A stretch of DNA of 64,000 nt from an uncultured Chloroflexia bacterium (GTDB taxonomy: Bacteria; Chloroflexota; UBA5177): the NCBI GenBank assembly GCA_963737125.1, contig CAVTRL010000006.1, positions 64,352 to 128,351 of the forward strand, read 5' to 3'. The notes under the pieces are model-generated. The model had not been told where the DNA came from. It saw only the letters and a program-made list of their open reading frames with translations, and did no database searches. How positions within the stretch are numbered: the stretch's first letter is position 1; every line of letters starts with the position of its first letter. The position numbers were made by a program, and so were the translations under genes. This document shows, in pieces, positions 8,098-18,569 of the stretch.

Positions 8098-9574
8098 CGC
8101 GGTGACAACCTTCGCCGACATCGACTTCGCCTCGGGAGCCGCGCTCCACCGCCAGGTCTATGTGTCACTGCGGGCTGCAATCTTGAGCGGACGCCTGGCT
8201 GCCGGGGCACGTCTCCCCGCCACGCGCGTCCTCGCACAACAGCTCTCGGTGTCTCGATCGACGGTATCGGATGCGTACGATCAGCTCCAATCCGAGGGCT
8301 ACATCGAAGGACGCCACGGATCCGGAACGTACGTCGCACCCAATCTTCCGGAGGACCGGACATCCGGTAGAGGGCCGGCCGCCTCGAACTCCGGGGCTGC
8401 GGCCGGTACGCGGTCGTACTCTCGCTGGGGAGAAAACGTCATCCGGTCCGCAGCATCCGGCACGGGGGCGGGGACCGAAGGCGAGCACTTCGAATACGAT
8501 TTCCGGCCTCACCGGGTCGCGCAGGATATGTTTCCGTGGGACGCGTGGCGAGCAGGTATCGACCGAGCATTGACGAACAATCGCGATGCTCTCTTTTACG
8601 CTCCTGCCGCCGGCCACCCCGCATTGCAGGAAACGATCGCCCGCCATATCGCCAAGCATCGGGGTGTGGTGTGTACGCCCGATCAGATCGTCATCGTGAA
8701 CGGCACTCAACAGGGCCTGAATCTACTGGCCGATCTCCTACTCGAGGAAGGAGAGCGGGTCGCGGTCGAGGATCCGGGATACCCGGCTGCCAGATTGGCA
8801 TGGGAGGCGCGTGGACTCGAAATCACGCGGATTCCGGTAGACGCCGAAGGCATCATGGTGGACGAGTTCGTGAAGCGGGGCCCATTTCGACTCGTCCATG
8901 TCACGCCGTCTCACCAGGACCCGACTGGCGCGACACTGTCTCTTCCGCGGCGGCTGGCGCTGCTCGATGCAGCGCGGCGCACCGGGTGCGTCGTGCTGGA
9001 GGATGACTACGACAGCGAGTTCCGCTATGAGGGTCGGCCCGTGGAGTCGTTGCAGGGACTCGACAACGCCGGTCTGGTGGTGTATGCAGGGACGTTTTCA
9101 AAGTCGGTGCTGGCCGGTCTGCGCATCGGCTTTGTCGTCTTACCGTCCCACCTCGTGGGACCGTTCGTAGCGGCCAAATCTACCTGGGACAGCGGCGCGC
9201 CGATGTTGGAGCAGTTAGCGCTGGTGGAGTTCATGCGATCCGGCATGTTTGAGAAACATATCCGGCGAATGCGGCGCGTCTATCGTGCCCGCCGGGATGC
9301 ATTGGTCGATTCCCTGAAATCGACATTTGGAGAGAGCATCCACATCGGTGAGCGACATGGGGGCCTGAATGTATTGGTTCGGTTCGATGTGTCGTTTGCC
9401 GCCGGCGAACTGGCTGAAAGGGCGCGCGCTGACGGAATCGGACTTCGCACCGCATCGTCGTATTACGAGCATTCCCTGGATGGCGTCACATTGCTGATGG
9501 GATTTGCGGCCATACCGGAACAAACGATCGCGGACGGAGTAGCAGCCCTGGCTCGGTGCATGCGCAACCGGTAG
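8069..9574 (+). CDS. MocR/GabR-family transcriptional regulator (GntR HTH + PLP aminotransferase-like domain), PdxR-like
   Basis: An N-terminal GntR HTH (LPATRVLAQQLSVSRSTVSDAYDQLQSEGYI) precedes a ~380-aa aminotransferase class I fold. The likely true start is the GTG at 8102, just after the pdxT stop. Confidence 0.8.
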   Translation: MWTWSRVKHSAVTTFADIDFASGAALHRQVYVSLRAAILSGRLAAGARLPATRVLAQQLSVSRSTVSDAYDQLQSEGYIEGRHGSGTYVAPNLPEDRTSGRGPAASNSGAAAGTRSYSRWGENVIRSAASGTGAGTEGEHFEYDFRPHRVAQDMFPWDAWRAGIDRALTNNRDALFYAPAAGHPALQETIARHIAKHRGVVCTPDQIVIVNGTQQGLNLLADLLLEEGERVAVEDPGYPAARLAWEARGLEITRIPVDAEGIMVDEFVKRGPFRLVHVTPSHQDPTGATLSLPRRLALLDAARRTGCVVLEDDYDSEFRYEGRPVESLQGLDNAGLVVYAGTFSKSVLAGLRIGFVVLPSHLVGPFVAAKSTWDSGAPMLEQLALVEFMRSGMFEKHIRRMRRVYRARRDALVDSLKSTFGESIHIGERHGGLNVLVRFDVSFAAGELAERARADGIGLRTASSYYEHSLDGVTLLMGFAAIPEQTIADGVAALARCMRNR

Positions 9575-9671
9575 CGAGAGTCGCGTAGCAGAGGTATGGC
9601 AACTCGTAGACGGGCTTGCAAGCCAGATTACGCGGCCACGGCAAGAGGTATAACGGAACGATGAAAGCGGT

Positions 9672-9748
<77 letters not shown>

Positions 9749-9820
9749 AAGTCGCTGTTTCATCGTAAGTGTAGTCACTTCCCCGGCAAACAGGCAAAGA
9801 CGGGATGGCCCTGCATGCCG

Positions 9821-12634
9821 CTAAGCTCCCAGCAGCAAGGACCGATACCGGCCGTACAAGTACGATACTCCGAGCAGGATCACGCCGAGCCCGACAAATG
9901 AGATGCTTCGGTACAGGCTCTGCAGAAACGACAGGTCGTAGATGAACACCTTCAAGATGATGAAGCCGAAAAGGGACATCGAACCAATCCGCATCCAGCG
10001 GGTCCGCCGCCATAGTCCGATGCCCATGAGAGCAATCGCATAGGCGAGCCACAGGCCAGACAATGTCAGCTGTTCAAGACTTCGGAGCTGATTCGAATCC
10101 GTCAGGGCACTGGCCGACGTCGACGCCGCATGATCGAAGAAATCCCGTGTCTCGCCGGTGATGAGCTCGAAGCCGAGGACCACAATCGCGGCCTGGAAAA
10201 CTACCAGAACGGAGTCGAGCCAACGGTATAGCGCCCTTGCGTCTTTGGTCCATTGCAGGTGGAGGTAGAGGCCGAGCATCAAGAGCGGGATCATCACCGC
10301 TCGTGTCCCCAGAACGAATGGCAACCGATCGATAGGTTGAGCGGCGAAGCCGCAGTACAGTCCGCTCCCGATAGCAACGCCCGAACATCCCAGGCCCGCG
10401 GCCAGCAGCGTTTGAGATGACTTACGCAGGCCATTCCACACCAGGAAGAGTGAATAGACCATCCACGTTATGCCAAGCGCTACAAACTCCGAAAACAGCC
10501 CGACGTCATGCGTGGTCTGCGTGAGGTGACCGGCTGAGCGAGCGAAATAATCGTTGACCTCGGCGGTCAGCAGCTCAAAGCCGACCAGAATTAATGCGGC
10601 CTGGAACCCGATGCGGACGGTTGCCAGCCATGGGAAAGCATCGACCTCGTCCCGTAACCAGCGGAAGTGGACGTACAACGCCCCCATTATGGCCACGAGT
10701 AAACCGGCTCGCAGATTCAAAGCCGGCGTGTAGCTTTGCACCGGCTGATATGCCGCTCCACTCCACGCGCCCAGAACCACGCCAAGCACCGCGCAGCCGA
10801 GACCGCAGAGCAATACGGGCAAAATTCGTCGCCGCAACCCCAACCGCACGAATAGCAATCCAAGGAGCGTCCACACACCGGCCAGCGCCAGAGATCTGAA
10901 ATAGTGCAGTGCGGTGAGATGAGTCCCACTTGCACCTACGAAGGTGCGTCGAAAAACGTCGTTGGTTTCGACCGTGAGTCCGATGAAGGCGATACCACTC
11001 CAGCCCGAGTGCAGCGAAGTCCAGATGGGCTGGACGTATTTGTCGCGCAGCGTACGCACAAGCGCCGTATCGATGGCCAGTCCACCGGCGAGAACCGCGA
11101 AGGCAAGGAATCGGAGGTTGAATACCGGCACGAATCCGCCGATTGGCTCGTAGGCGAGGGCGTTTGCGGTTCCGGCCAGCCATACAGCTGCCAGGCCAAG
11201 TAGTACCAGCGCCGGCTGCCAGATGCAGCGGAGATTCCACCGAGTTCCGCACCAGAACAGCGCCACGGCTTCAAACGACCAAATCACAACCGTGATAAAG
11301 CTCGCTGTAAGCAGCGCGGTGCCAATGACCAAAAGCGTTAGACCGGACAACGTGAAGCGAACGTCCACCAGGTCGCCGTCACGCAGCGACCGGCGCAGCA
11401 GCAGAATTGTCGATCCGTACACGGCACCGATCATCAGACTGACGACACCGATTATCGCCCGGTGAGAGGGAAACATGAGTATGAACATGAGTCCGTAGTA
11501 CGCCACGGTGTTGCCCGAGGCCACGAGAGTGCGCAACCTCTGGAAGGCCGGCGCTCCGGATCTGATGTGCCACACATCCAAGGAGTAAAACACGAGCCAA
11601 AAGAGGGAGAGTGCGATCGCCGCGGTCCCAAGTTGATTGGAATGATACGACACGAGGAACCAGGAGAGATAAACGGCGTACGTCGCCACGAGCGATAGCA
11701 CCTCAAGCGACAGCCATGCCTTCTTCCTCAGGACGATGCCGATGATCCCCAGGTCGAGTATCAGCACGTAAGCAATAACGCCCACCGCCTGGCTGCCGGA
11801 AGAGCTCAGCAGAAACGGCGTAAGGAAACCTCCACCCGTCGCCAGTACCGCGACGGCCAGCGAATCGTAGTACAGAGATTGCGAGAAGGCAACGGCGGTC
11901 ACGCCGCCCAGCGCGACAAACGCGATGGAAAGTGGTACCAGGTGGTAGAAGTTGTACGATGCGTAGGCCGAGAGATACAGAATAGCCAGTCCAGCTCCCA
12001 CCAGCCCCTGTGCAAAGATGGCGTACCCTCTGGCATATGACCGATGTGCGAGTGCGAGTAAGATGACGCCGACCACAATGCCGACACCCACCTGCGCGCC
12101 CTGTTTGATCCAGTTATTGTCAAAGGCGTACTTGAGAAAAAAAGCAAGACCGAGGATCAGCGCAATTGCCCCGACGCGATTGAGCCAGTTGCCGCCGATA
12201 AGCGCTTCCCACTCATCGCTGGTTCTGGCGCGGGCCATGAACCTCTCAGCCCACGATGGGCCTTCCGGCTTCCTTTTCGACGCCACGTCGGCGGCAATCG
12301 CTAAGGCAACAGCTAGCCCTGGTGCGACCTCTTCCACGACCGGTTGTGGCGTTGCGCTCGTAGCTGGAATCTGAGACTGGGCGAGCGCAGGACGGCGACG
12401 CCTGGGCGAAGGTGCAACGCCAGAGGCAGGGGTCTTCGCAGAATCGTCCTCGGCTACGGCCATCATGTGAACGCGTGTATTGGTCAGGGACAACTCGTGG
12501 TCAAGAGTCCGTACACGCGTCTCGAGCTTCGAGGTTCGGGAACCAAGCCACAGGATGCGACCAACACAGAATACGAGGCCAATTGCGAAAAACCATTCCA
12601 CCGGTCTGCTCCCTTCACGTCGCTCGCGCCACAC
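9821..12634 (-). CDS. Large polytopic membrane protein (DUF2339-like)
   Basis: 937 aa. An N-terminal short coiled segment is followed by more than 20 predicted TM helices with internal repeats. The family assignment is from recall only. Confidence 0.55.
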   Translation of the reverse strand: MWRERREGSRPVEWFFAIGLVFCVGRILWLGSRTSKLETRVRTLDHELSLTNTRVHMMAVAEDDSAKTPASGVAPSPRRRRPALAQSQIPATSATPQPVVEEVAPGLAVALAIAADVASKRKPEGPSWAERFMARARTSDEWEALIGGNWLNRVGAIALILGLAFFLKYAFDNNWIKQGAQVGVGIVVGVILLALAHRSYARGYAIFAQGLVGAGLAILYLSAYASYNFYHLVPLSIAFVALGGVTAVAFSQSLYYDSLAVAVLATGGGFLTPFLLSSSGSQAVGVIAYVLILDLGIIGIVLRKKAWLSLEVLSLVATYAVYLSWFLVSYHSNQLGTAAIALSLFWLVFYSLDVWHIRSGAPAFQRLRTLVASGNTVAYYGLMFILMFPSHRAIIGVVSLMIGAVYGSTILLLRRSLRDGDLVDVRFTLSGLTLLVIGTALLTASFITVVIWSFEAVALFWCGTRWNLRCIWQPALVLLGLAAVWLAGTANALAYEPIGGFVPVFNLRFLAFAVLAGGLAIDTALVRTLRDKYVQPIWTSLHSGWSGIAFIGLTVETNDVFRRTFVGASGTHLTALHYFRSLALAGVWTLLGLLFVRLGLRRRILPVLLCGLGCAVLGVVLGAWSGAAYQPVQSYTPALNLRAGLLVAIMGALYVHFRWLRDEVDAFPWLATVRIGFQAALILVGFELLTAEVNDYFARSAGHLTQTTHDVGLFSEFVALGITWMVYSLFLVWNGLRKSSQTLLAAGLGCSGVAIGSGLYCGFAAQPIDRLPFVLGTRAVMIPLLMLGLYLHLQWTKDARALYRWLDSVLVVFQAAIVVLGFELITGETRDFFDHAASTSASALTDSNQLRSLEQLTLSGLWLAYAIALMGIGLWRRTRWMRIGSMSLFGFIILKVFIYDLSFLQSLYRSISFVGLGVILLGVSYLYGRYRSLLLGA

Positions 12635-12957
12635 ACGGACGAGCGACTATTGCACGAGTTCTACTGTACGCCGGTCGAGAAGCATTTACATCGGGGGAAA
12701 TACGGTACTACACACGAACCAGTTCCGTAAAGATACTGACCCGCATGTCCGGATCTAGTAATCCTCCGGAGACGCGGCACGAAGCGCGCTTACCAATTCG
12801 CGTTCACGAAAGGCGTTGTGCTTTAAGAACCCAGTCTGGGATTCTCAGGTCCGTCTCAGGCCGTACACCGTATGTTTAAACGCATCACCATCTGAGCGAT
12901 CGCAGCTTCCCGCGCGGCCTGGTAGTAGATTCGGGTTGGACCGACAAGGAGGGCACG

Positions 12958-13173
12958 GTGTCTGAAGTGCGTAAAGTAACAATCGAAACCGTGGCACATG
13001 GGACCGAATCCCTTCATCACGTCAATGCCAACGTAAATGTCGGCGGCTCGCTCGTCGACGTGTCGTGCAACAGCGAGGGAGATCCTGAGCTGCACGAGCT
13101 GGTCGATCGCCTAGAGGACAAGCTGCGCATGCTGGCGATCGACGTGGTCAACGCCTCCTTGCACTCGTCATAA
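12958..13173 (+). CDS. Small hypothetical protein (71 aa)
   Basis: GTG start preceded by AAGGAGG at optimal spacing. It lies in a 700-bp gap with no competing ORF. Confidence 0.4.
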   Translation: MSEVRKVTIETVAHGTESLHHVNANVNVGGSLVDVSCNSEGDPELHELVDRLEDKLRMLAIDVVNASLHSS

Positions 13174-13324
13174 AGGACTGCCCGCTTTGTCCATCCGTTG
13201 CATGCGTCCTGGGAGGGTGCGTGCCAGTATGAGGCATTGATCGTCCCGACAAGCTGATTTCCTAGCATATCGACACTCCAGGCCGTACTATGGCTCGTGA
13301 AATGTTGTCAGGAGGGCAGCCCCA

Positions 13325-14971
13325 TTGAGTGACCTCGAGCGTGCAATCACCGCGTTTCGGTCCGGTGCCCTGACCCGGCGCGAGTTCGTACGCAGACTGG
13401 CAGTACTGGGGGTGGGGTCAGCGTTTATCGACGCGCTGCTGGGAATGCCGGCCCGTGCGGCTCTCGCCTCCTCGACGCGACTGCAAATACCTGCTCGCAC
13501 CCCTCGGCTCGTCCTGATCGTAGCCGACGCGTTTCGCTCCGACTATCAGAAACTCGCTCCGATGCCGAATCTCGCACGCTTGATGGAACGCGGTACGACC
13601 TTTCCAAACGCGTGGGTCGGACAGCTCGAGAGCGTGACGCCCGCCAGCCACGCAACTATCTCAACCGGCGCCACGCCCGCCCACCAGGGAATCATGGGAT
13701 TTTCGTGGCGTAGTCCGGCCACCGGGCAGGAAGTGTTAGGCGGGTGGTACGACGATGTCCTGGCGGGCCGCCTCGAGCAGCAAATGCTTTCACACAACGT
13801 GAATTCAATTGGCGCGGCGGTAAAAGGGCACGATCCGTCCGCACGGATCGTGTCGTTGAGCAGTGAAAAATACTACGCGGCCGACGCCCTGGGTGGGCCC
13901 GCGGCCGATTACATTTTCTTTGGGCTTCCGCACGGGGGGTCTATCACCCCTCAAGGTATTCCTCACCACATGCCGCCCGCGTCCTTTCTTGCGAATCCCG
14001 CGCTGCAGAGGCCGTGGCCACTCAAGTTCGAACAATATGACGAACTGGCGATGACCATGGCCCTCCAAGCGTACTACTCGTTTGATCCTCGGATACTGAT
14101 GATCAATTTACCCGGCTGTGATACCTACGGTCATAGCTCCGGTGGGCCGAACCGGCCGGACATTATGTCGAGGTTGGTTGCCGGTGTCGATCTCCAAATT
14201 GGCAGGCTCGTCGACGCCCTCGTCCAGCGCGGCGTGTTGGAGCAGACGATCGTCGTCGTCGCCGCCGATCACGGTATGGTTCCAAACACATACCAGGTTG
14301 AGGACACGGACATTAAAACTGCTATAGCGGCAGCCGGAGGACAGTATCTTTTTCATACGGGGGGCAGCGCGGCGTTTATCTGGCTGCGCAACCCACAATC
14401 AGCTGGTGCCGTGGCGCAGCACCTGGTGGACTCGATACCTCATGCGTCATTCGCGCACTATCAAACGATGGACAACGGCCGGTATACCTACCATGCGGTC
14501 GCGCCGACTGGCGTCAGTCTCGATCCCGCCATCGAAAATGCGTATCAGTACTTATTGAGAACCTGCGCGGGCCCATTGGCGCCAGACCTGGCTCTCACGC
14601 TGGTGGAGAATATGGTCGTTCGCAACCGGCAGCAGGGACCCGCATCCGCGGCGCACGGCAATCATAGCGGCGGTACCTGGGGTGTCCAGAGCGTCCCATT
14701 GATAATGGCAGGTCCCGGCGTGAAAAAAAATTCGGTGTCGACCTTCCCAGCACGGCTTCTGGATATCGCACCCACAATTCTCACGCTTATGGGTATCCAG
14801 CCGACGAACATGGATGGGGTGCCGCTCACCGACGCGCTACTGAGGCCTACGTCCGCCGCGCAGGCGGCGTCCGACGAGCTGGTGCCAGAGCTTACCGCGG
14901 TTCAGCGCGCCATTGTCCAGAGGTCGGAAAGCGATTTGCGCGCATCCGGGTTGGAACGCGCGACACAGTGA
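13325..14971 (+). CDS. Alkaline-phosphatase-superfamily phosphodiesterase/nucleotide pyrophosphatase, Tat-secreted
   Basis: A twin-arginine motif TRREFVRRLAVLGVG is followed by LVLIVADAFRSDY...TPASHATISTG, a type I phosphodiesterase/NPP-like metal-site motif. Confidence 0.65.
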   Translation: MSDLERAITAFRSGALTRREFVRRLAVLGVGSAFIDALLGMPARAALASSTRLQIPARTPRLVLIVADAFRSDYQKLAPMPNLARLMERGTTFPNAWVGQLESVTPASHATISTGATPAHQGIMGFSWRSPATGQEVLGGWYDDVLAGRLEQQMLSHNVNSIGAAVKGHDPSARIVSLSSEKYYAADALGGPAADYIFFGLPHGGSITPQGIPHHMPPASFLANPALQRPWPLKFEQYDELAMTMALQAYYSFDPRILMINLPGCDTYGHSSGGPNRPDIMSRLVAGVDLQIGRLVDALVQRGVLEQTIVVVAADHGMVPNTYQVEDTDIKTAIAAAGGQYLFHTGGSAAFIWLRNPQSAGAVAQHLVDSIPHASFAHYQTMDNGRYTYHAVAPTGVSLDPAIENAYQYLLRTCAGPLAPDLALTLVENMVVRNRQQGPASAAHGNHSGGTWGVQSVPLIMAGPGVKKNSVSTFPARLLDIAPTILTLMGIQPTNMDGVPLTDALLRPTSAAQAASDELVPELTAVQRAIVQRSESDLRASGLERATQ

Positions 14972-15013
14972 CAAACCTGACCCTCTGACGAGGCGACACA
15001 GGTGCACGGTGCG

Positions 15014-15940
15014 TCAGGTCTCGATCGGCTCCTCGACCGGTAAAGTCATGGTGTAGAACCCGGAAGCGGTCCGTTCAACGCGGAGCGGAGATTCGAACGC
15101 GTGAGAGAGACGCTCCGATGTGAGGATGTCTTCCTTGGGTCCATTCAAGAGGATCTTACCTGCCCGCAGCAGAACAACCCGCTGCACCTCCGGGATGATC
15201 TCATGGACGTGATGGGTGACAAACAGAATGGTTTTCCCATGCCGCGCCAGGCCGCGCAGCGTTCGGAGAAAGTGGCTCGTCGCGACTACATCCAGGCCGG
15301 TCGTGGGCTCGTCCAGGAGCAACGCAGGAGGATCCGGCACCAGGGCACGGGCGATAAGGACTCGCCGCGCTTCCCCAGTGGACATCTCCGGCATTGGCTT
15401 GGCGCAAAGATGGGTCGCATCCATCAGGGCCAGCGCCGCTCGCGCGTCGCGCCACATGGCGTCGGACACCTGTTGAAATCGCTGCACGCCGCGAGTACCA
15501 AAGTAGCCCGACGCCACTACGTCGAGGCCGGATAACACGTGCCCTTCGGCTCCAAGCGTGAGATCTTCGTGGAGGTCGGGTGACACGATTCCCATCAGCC
15601 GGCGGAGCTGGAAAATGTCCCACCGGTCGCGGCCAAATAGTTGCACCGTCGGATGCGCTCCCCGCGCTACGAGGGGGCGGTACTCCTGGCTCAGCAGCTT
15701 GATCAGCGAGGACTTTCCCGAACCATTTGGGCCGAGGATCGCAGTGTGTTCTCCCGGCGCGATATCCAGTGAAAGATCGTCCAGCACGGCCCTGCCGGGA
15801 GGTAGTCCCTTCAGCACGGTGGCATTGCGAATCCGCAGGAGGGGAGGACGCGCATCGCTGGTCATACGATTCGGGACCGCGTTGTGACTGTTCGCACTGT
15901 TGCTTCCTCCCCGCGGAGCGTCGGCCCGTCCCAATCTCAT
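15014..15940 (-). CDS. ABC transporter ATP-binding protein (no adjacent permease)
   Basis: Walker A GPNGSGKSS, signature LSGGE-like MSTGEARR, Walker B LLLDEPTTGLD. Confidence 0.85.
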   Translation of the reverse strand: MRLGRADAPRGGSNSANSHNAVPNRMTSDARPPLLRIRNATVLKGLPPGRAVLDDLSLDIAPGEHTAILGPNGSGKSSLIKLLSQEYRPLVARGAHPTVQLFGRDRWDIFQLRRLMGIVSPDLHEDLTLGAEGHVLSGLDVVASGYFGTRGVQRFQQVSDAMWRDARAALALMDATHLCAKPMPEMSTGEARRVLIARALVPDPPALLLDEPTTGLDVVATSHFLRTLRGLARHGKTILFVTHHVHEIIPEVQRVVLLRAGKILLNGPKEDILTSERLSHAFESPLRVERTASGFYTMTLPVEEPIET

Positions 15941-16239
15941 GCCACTAACCTATCGGGCATCGCCTTGCCGGCGGTTCAAGGCGATGACAATCGCCCCACT
16001 GCTCACGGCCAGCCGAACTGTCTCCATTGAAGGCATTGAATAGAAGCGGCACGTCAACGGGCTCGAAAGCATCGTACAGGATCGGACGGCGGAATCCGGA
16101 TCACGGATATCGAGAACAGGCATACAGCAGTACAGCGATCAAGCACAGTTGCACAAGAAAGGGCGCGTGGCCGTGCTCGATCCCAGGATGCGTCACCGCA
16201 CTCTCGATGCGGTGGCGAGCGTACATGGTGTGAAACCGA

Positions 16240-16270
16240 GAGCGGAGCCGGAAAAACCCCGGCTCCGCTC
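16240..16270 (-). terminator. Possible weak terminator hairpin downstream of the secreted-protein gene
   Basis: 12-bp stem GAGCGGAGCCGG/CCGGCTCCGCTC. The minus-strand downstream sequence CTCGGTTTCAC is only moderately U-rich. Confidence 0.3.
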
Positions 16271-16368
16271 GAATGGCCCGCGCTCATCTCTCAGCGGGTC
16301 CCGATGAGTCGACTGGTGAGTAGCTCGGTTGCCTTGCCTACACTCTCACCTTACGCATGGGACCGCCC

Positions 16369-18036
16369 TTATGGAGCAGGACAGGGGTTATTGGAAAGCA
16401 CCTGTCTGTAGTCTTCATACAGGGTTTCCGGTGAATGTGAACCGAACGCCGTATAGGCAAGCTGCAGTATCCCGCCGTATTGCTGCACCTGATTGAAGTC
16501 GTTGATGCTCTGGGGGATGTGATTTCCAAACTGCCAGTTGCATCCACCATTTTGGTTCGTGGTGCTGAAGAACGGGTAGAAGGCAGCTGGCTCGCCGTCA
16601 TCGGTCATCGGAATCAAGGTGCAACTCGTGCCGGTGAGGATATTGCACGGCCCCCCGAAATCACTGGCCTCGATGCGTGGCGTATCCGCCTCAAAGGCCA
16701 TACGGTTGTACTGCTCATCGAAATTCTGTCCAGTTACGGGACTGCTGAAGCGAAGAGGCGTGGGATGAAGCAACGTATTGCCGTCGGGCCAGAGCGGCTG
16801 ATACGACGGGCCGTCGAAACCTGGATCGTTGGCCCCGGCACAACCGTTGAGGGGAATGAGTAGCGACGCTGAGGCCGGCAAGCAGAAGGTGTCGTCGGAA
16901 TCGGCCGGCTCCCGATCGCGAGGAATGCCTTCCAGGCCGTTGCAGGTTGCGGTTTTGGGATCGATGGACGTGCAGAAATCCCAGTGTCCAATCTCCTCGG
17001 CGAAGGCGATGTTGTAGGAGTGAGCAGCCCACGGTACGCGCGTCTCCTCAGACGACGTCGCGTACATGGGATGGAAGTCGTATGGCATGTTGACGCAGCT
17101 AGTCCCGCTTGGGGCGTACTGCACCTGCCCGAAACCATTGGCCGCACTGGCAGTCATTGAGCCGGTCTGACCCGTTGTCAGATCGTTGATGGCGATTTGC
17201 AGACCGTTCGGCGTGTCGTGCATCGTCATAGACAATCGATCGCCTGAGTTCATGAACAGATCCTGACTCGGATCGGGTGTATAGGTGCCATTCGTGGCAT
17301 TGACCGGGTTGGCCGGCGCTTGCGATTGCCCGCTCTTGGTGATGAACGCGAAGTTAACGTACTCCACACTCACTCTGTTGGCGCAACTCGTATTCAAGAC
17401 TGTGCCATGCACGGGATCTTCAGCCAGGCTATCTATGTTGAGAGCCGCGCACCACTTCGTGGCGTTGCAGCTAATGCCACCTTCCTGGGGGAAGAAAGCC
17501 CAGCCGGGAGGATAGAACTGCATCTCCATGAACGCCGATCCCGCATGATTGGGGGAAATAGCCGGATCGACAATGTTGGAGTCGCTGTCAGGCGTGCAGG
17601 TGTTCTGCAACTCGGGATACGACTGCGTGGCGCACATTGCCATGCCGAACCAAAATGCAGGGTTGAGCTGGAACTCGTATGATTTTCCAACCGCGTTTGG
17701 ATCGGAAGCAGGAGGATCGGTAGGAAGGGTGAATTGATACCTCATGCGATTACCCGAACCATTGACATTCGAGTAGAACAAGGTTGACGGCTCATCGTGT
17801 CCCACGTAATAACTGTCGCCGAAAGCCGGCGTGGGATTGGCTACTTCGGAGCAGAACGCGCTGTATTCACAGTTCAGGGACTCGGGCGGGTATGAGTCGG
17901 CGGTGGCACGGCCTGCCGGAACTTGCCCCGAAAACCCACTGACCACCATCACGCCGGAGACAAAAGCCGCAATGCCCAGCGCCCGGGTGGGAACGCCGAA
18001 GAGCCTGCGGCCAAAAGGTCCAGTACGCATGGACAT
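16369..18036 (-). CDS. Cysteine-rich secreted protein of unknown function
   Basis: Start is taken at MSMRTGPFG with signal peptide ...ALGIAAFVSGVMVVSGFS. The mature region has ~22 Cys with Gly/Asn/Pro-rich, extracellular-like composition. I recognise no family. Confidence 0.55.
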   Translation of the reverse strand: MSMRTGPFGRRLFGVPTRALGIAAFVSGVMVVSGFSGQVPAGRATADSYPPESLNCEYSAFCSEVANPTPAFGDSYYVGHDEPSTLFYSNVNGSGNRMRYQFTLPTDPPASDPNAVGKSYEFQLNPAFWFGMAMCATQSYPELQNTCTPDSDSNIVDPAISPNHAGSAFMEMQFYPPGWAFFPQEGGISCNATKWCAALNIDSLAEDPVHGTVLNTSCANRVSVEYVNFAFITKSGQSQAPANPVNATNGTYTPDPSQDLFMNSGDRLSMTMHDTPNGLQIAINDLTTGQTGSMTASAANGFGQVQYAPSGTSCVNMPYDFHPMYATSSEETRVPWAAHSYNIAFAEEIGHWDFCTSIDPKTATCNGLEGIPRDREPADSDDTFCLPASASLLIPLNGCAGANDPGFDGPSYQPLWPDGNTLLHPTPLRFSSPVTGQNFDEQYNRMAFEADTPRIEASDFGGPCNILTGTSCTLIPMTDDGEPAAFYPFFSTTNQNGGCNWQFGNHIPQSINDFNQVQQYGGILQLAYTAFGSHSPETLYEDYRQVLSNNPCPAP

Positions 18037-18569
18037 ACCAATCCTTTCTGTTCGCTGCCTAGCGATTGCCCGTAGATAATTGACACTATATATCCTCTGC
18101 CGTGAGTGTCTGCCTCCTTCCCTCACAGCGGCCATTTGCCAGCTTGGGATAGGGCACTTTCGGCACTCGGGCTCAATAGCTCGGACTGGCCATGGCTTCT
18201 CGAGGCGCGTTTACGCGCAGCTACTTGCAAGCGTCGAGTACGTGCCATGGTTCCTCCCATCATCGTCCCGGCCGACGTGCCAAGAAGGAGCGGATCGGGT
18301 TCACCAGTGGATCGGCACGACTCGGGTGACCAAACACGGGCCGCGCGTGATCGCCTTTCGCTTCCACCGCCCCTCAGCCGTCACGCTGAGGAGATGAACG
18401 TAGCATACGGCGCGTCAGGGTTACTGTCAATGACTCATTGACTCAAATGTCGCTTCAAGCCGCCGAATGCTTCTGAACAGGTGGGCGATGTGTCGCGCCG
18501 TGCTGATGTATGCTCCGGCTCGATCGGTAGCCACGATGGTGCAATGAGCATTCTTCGTGGCCACCAAAG

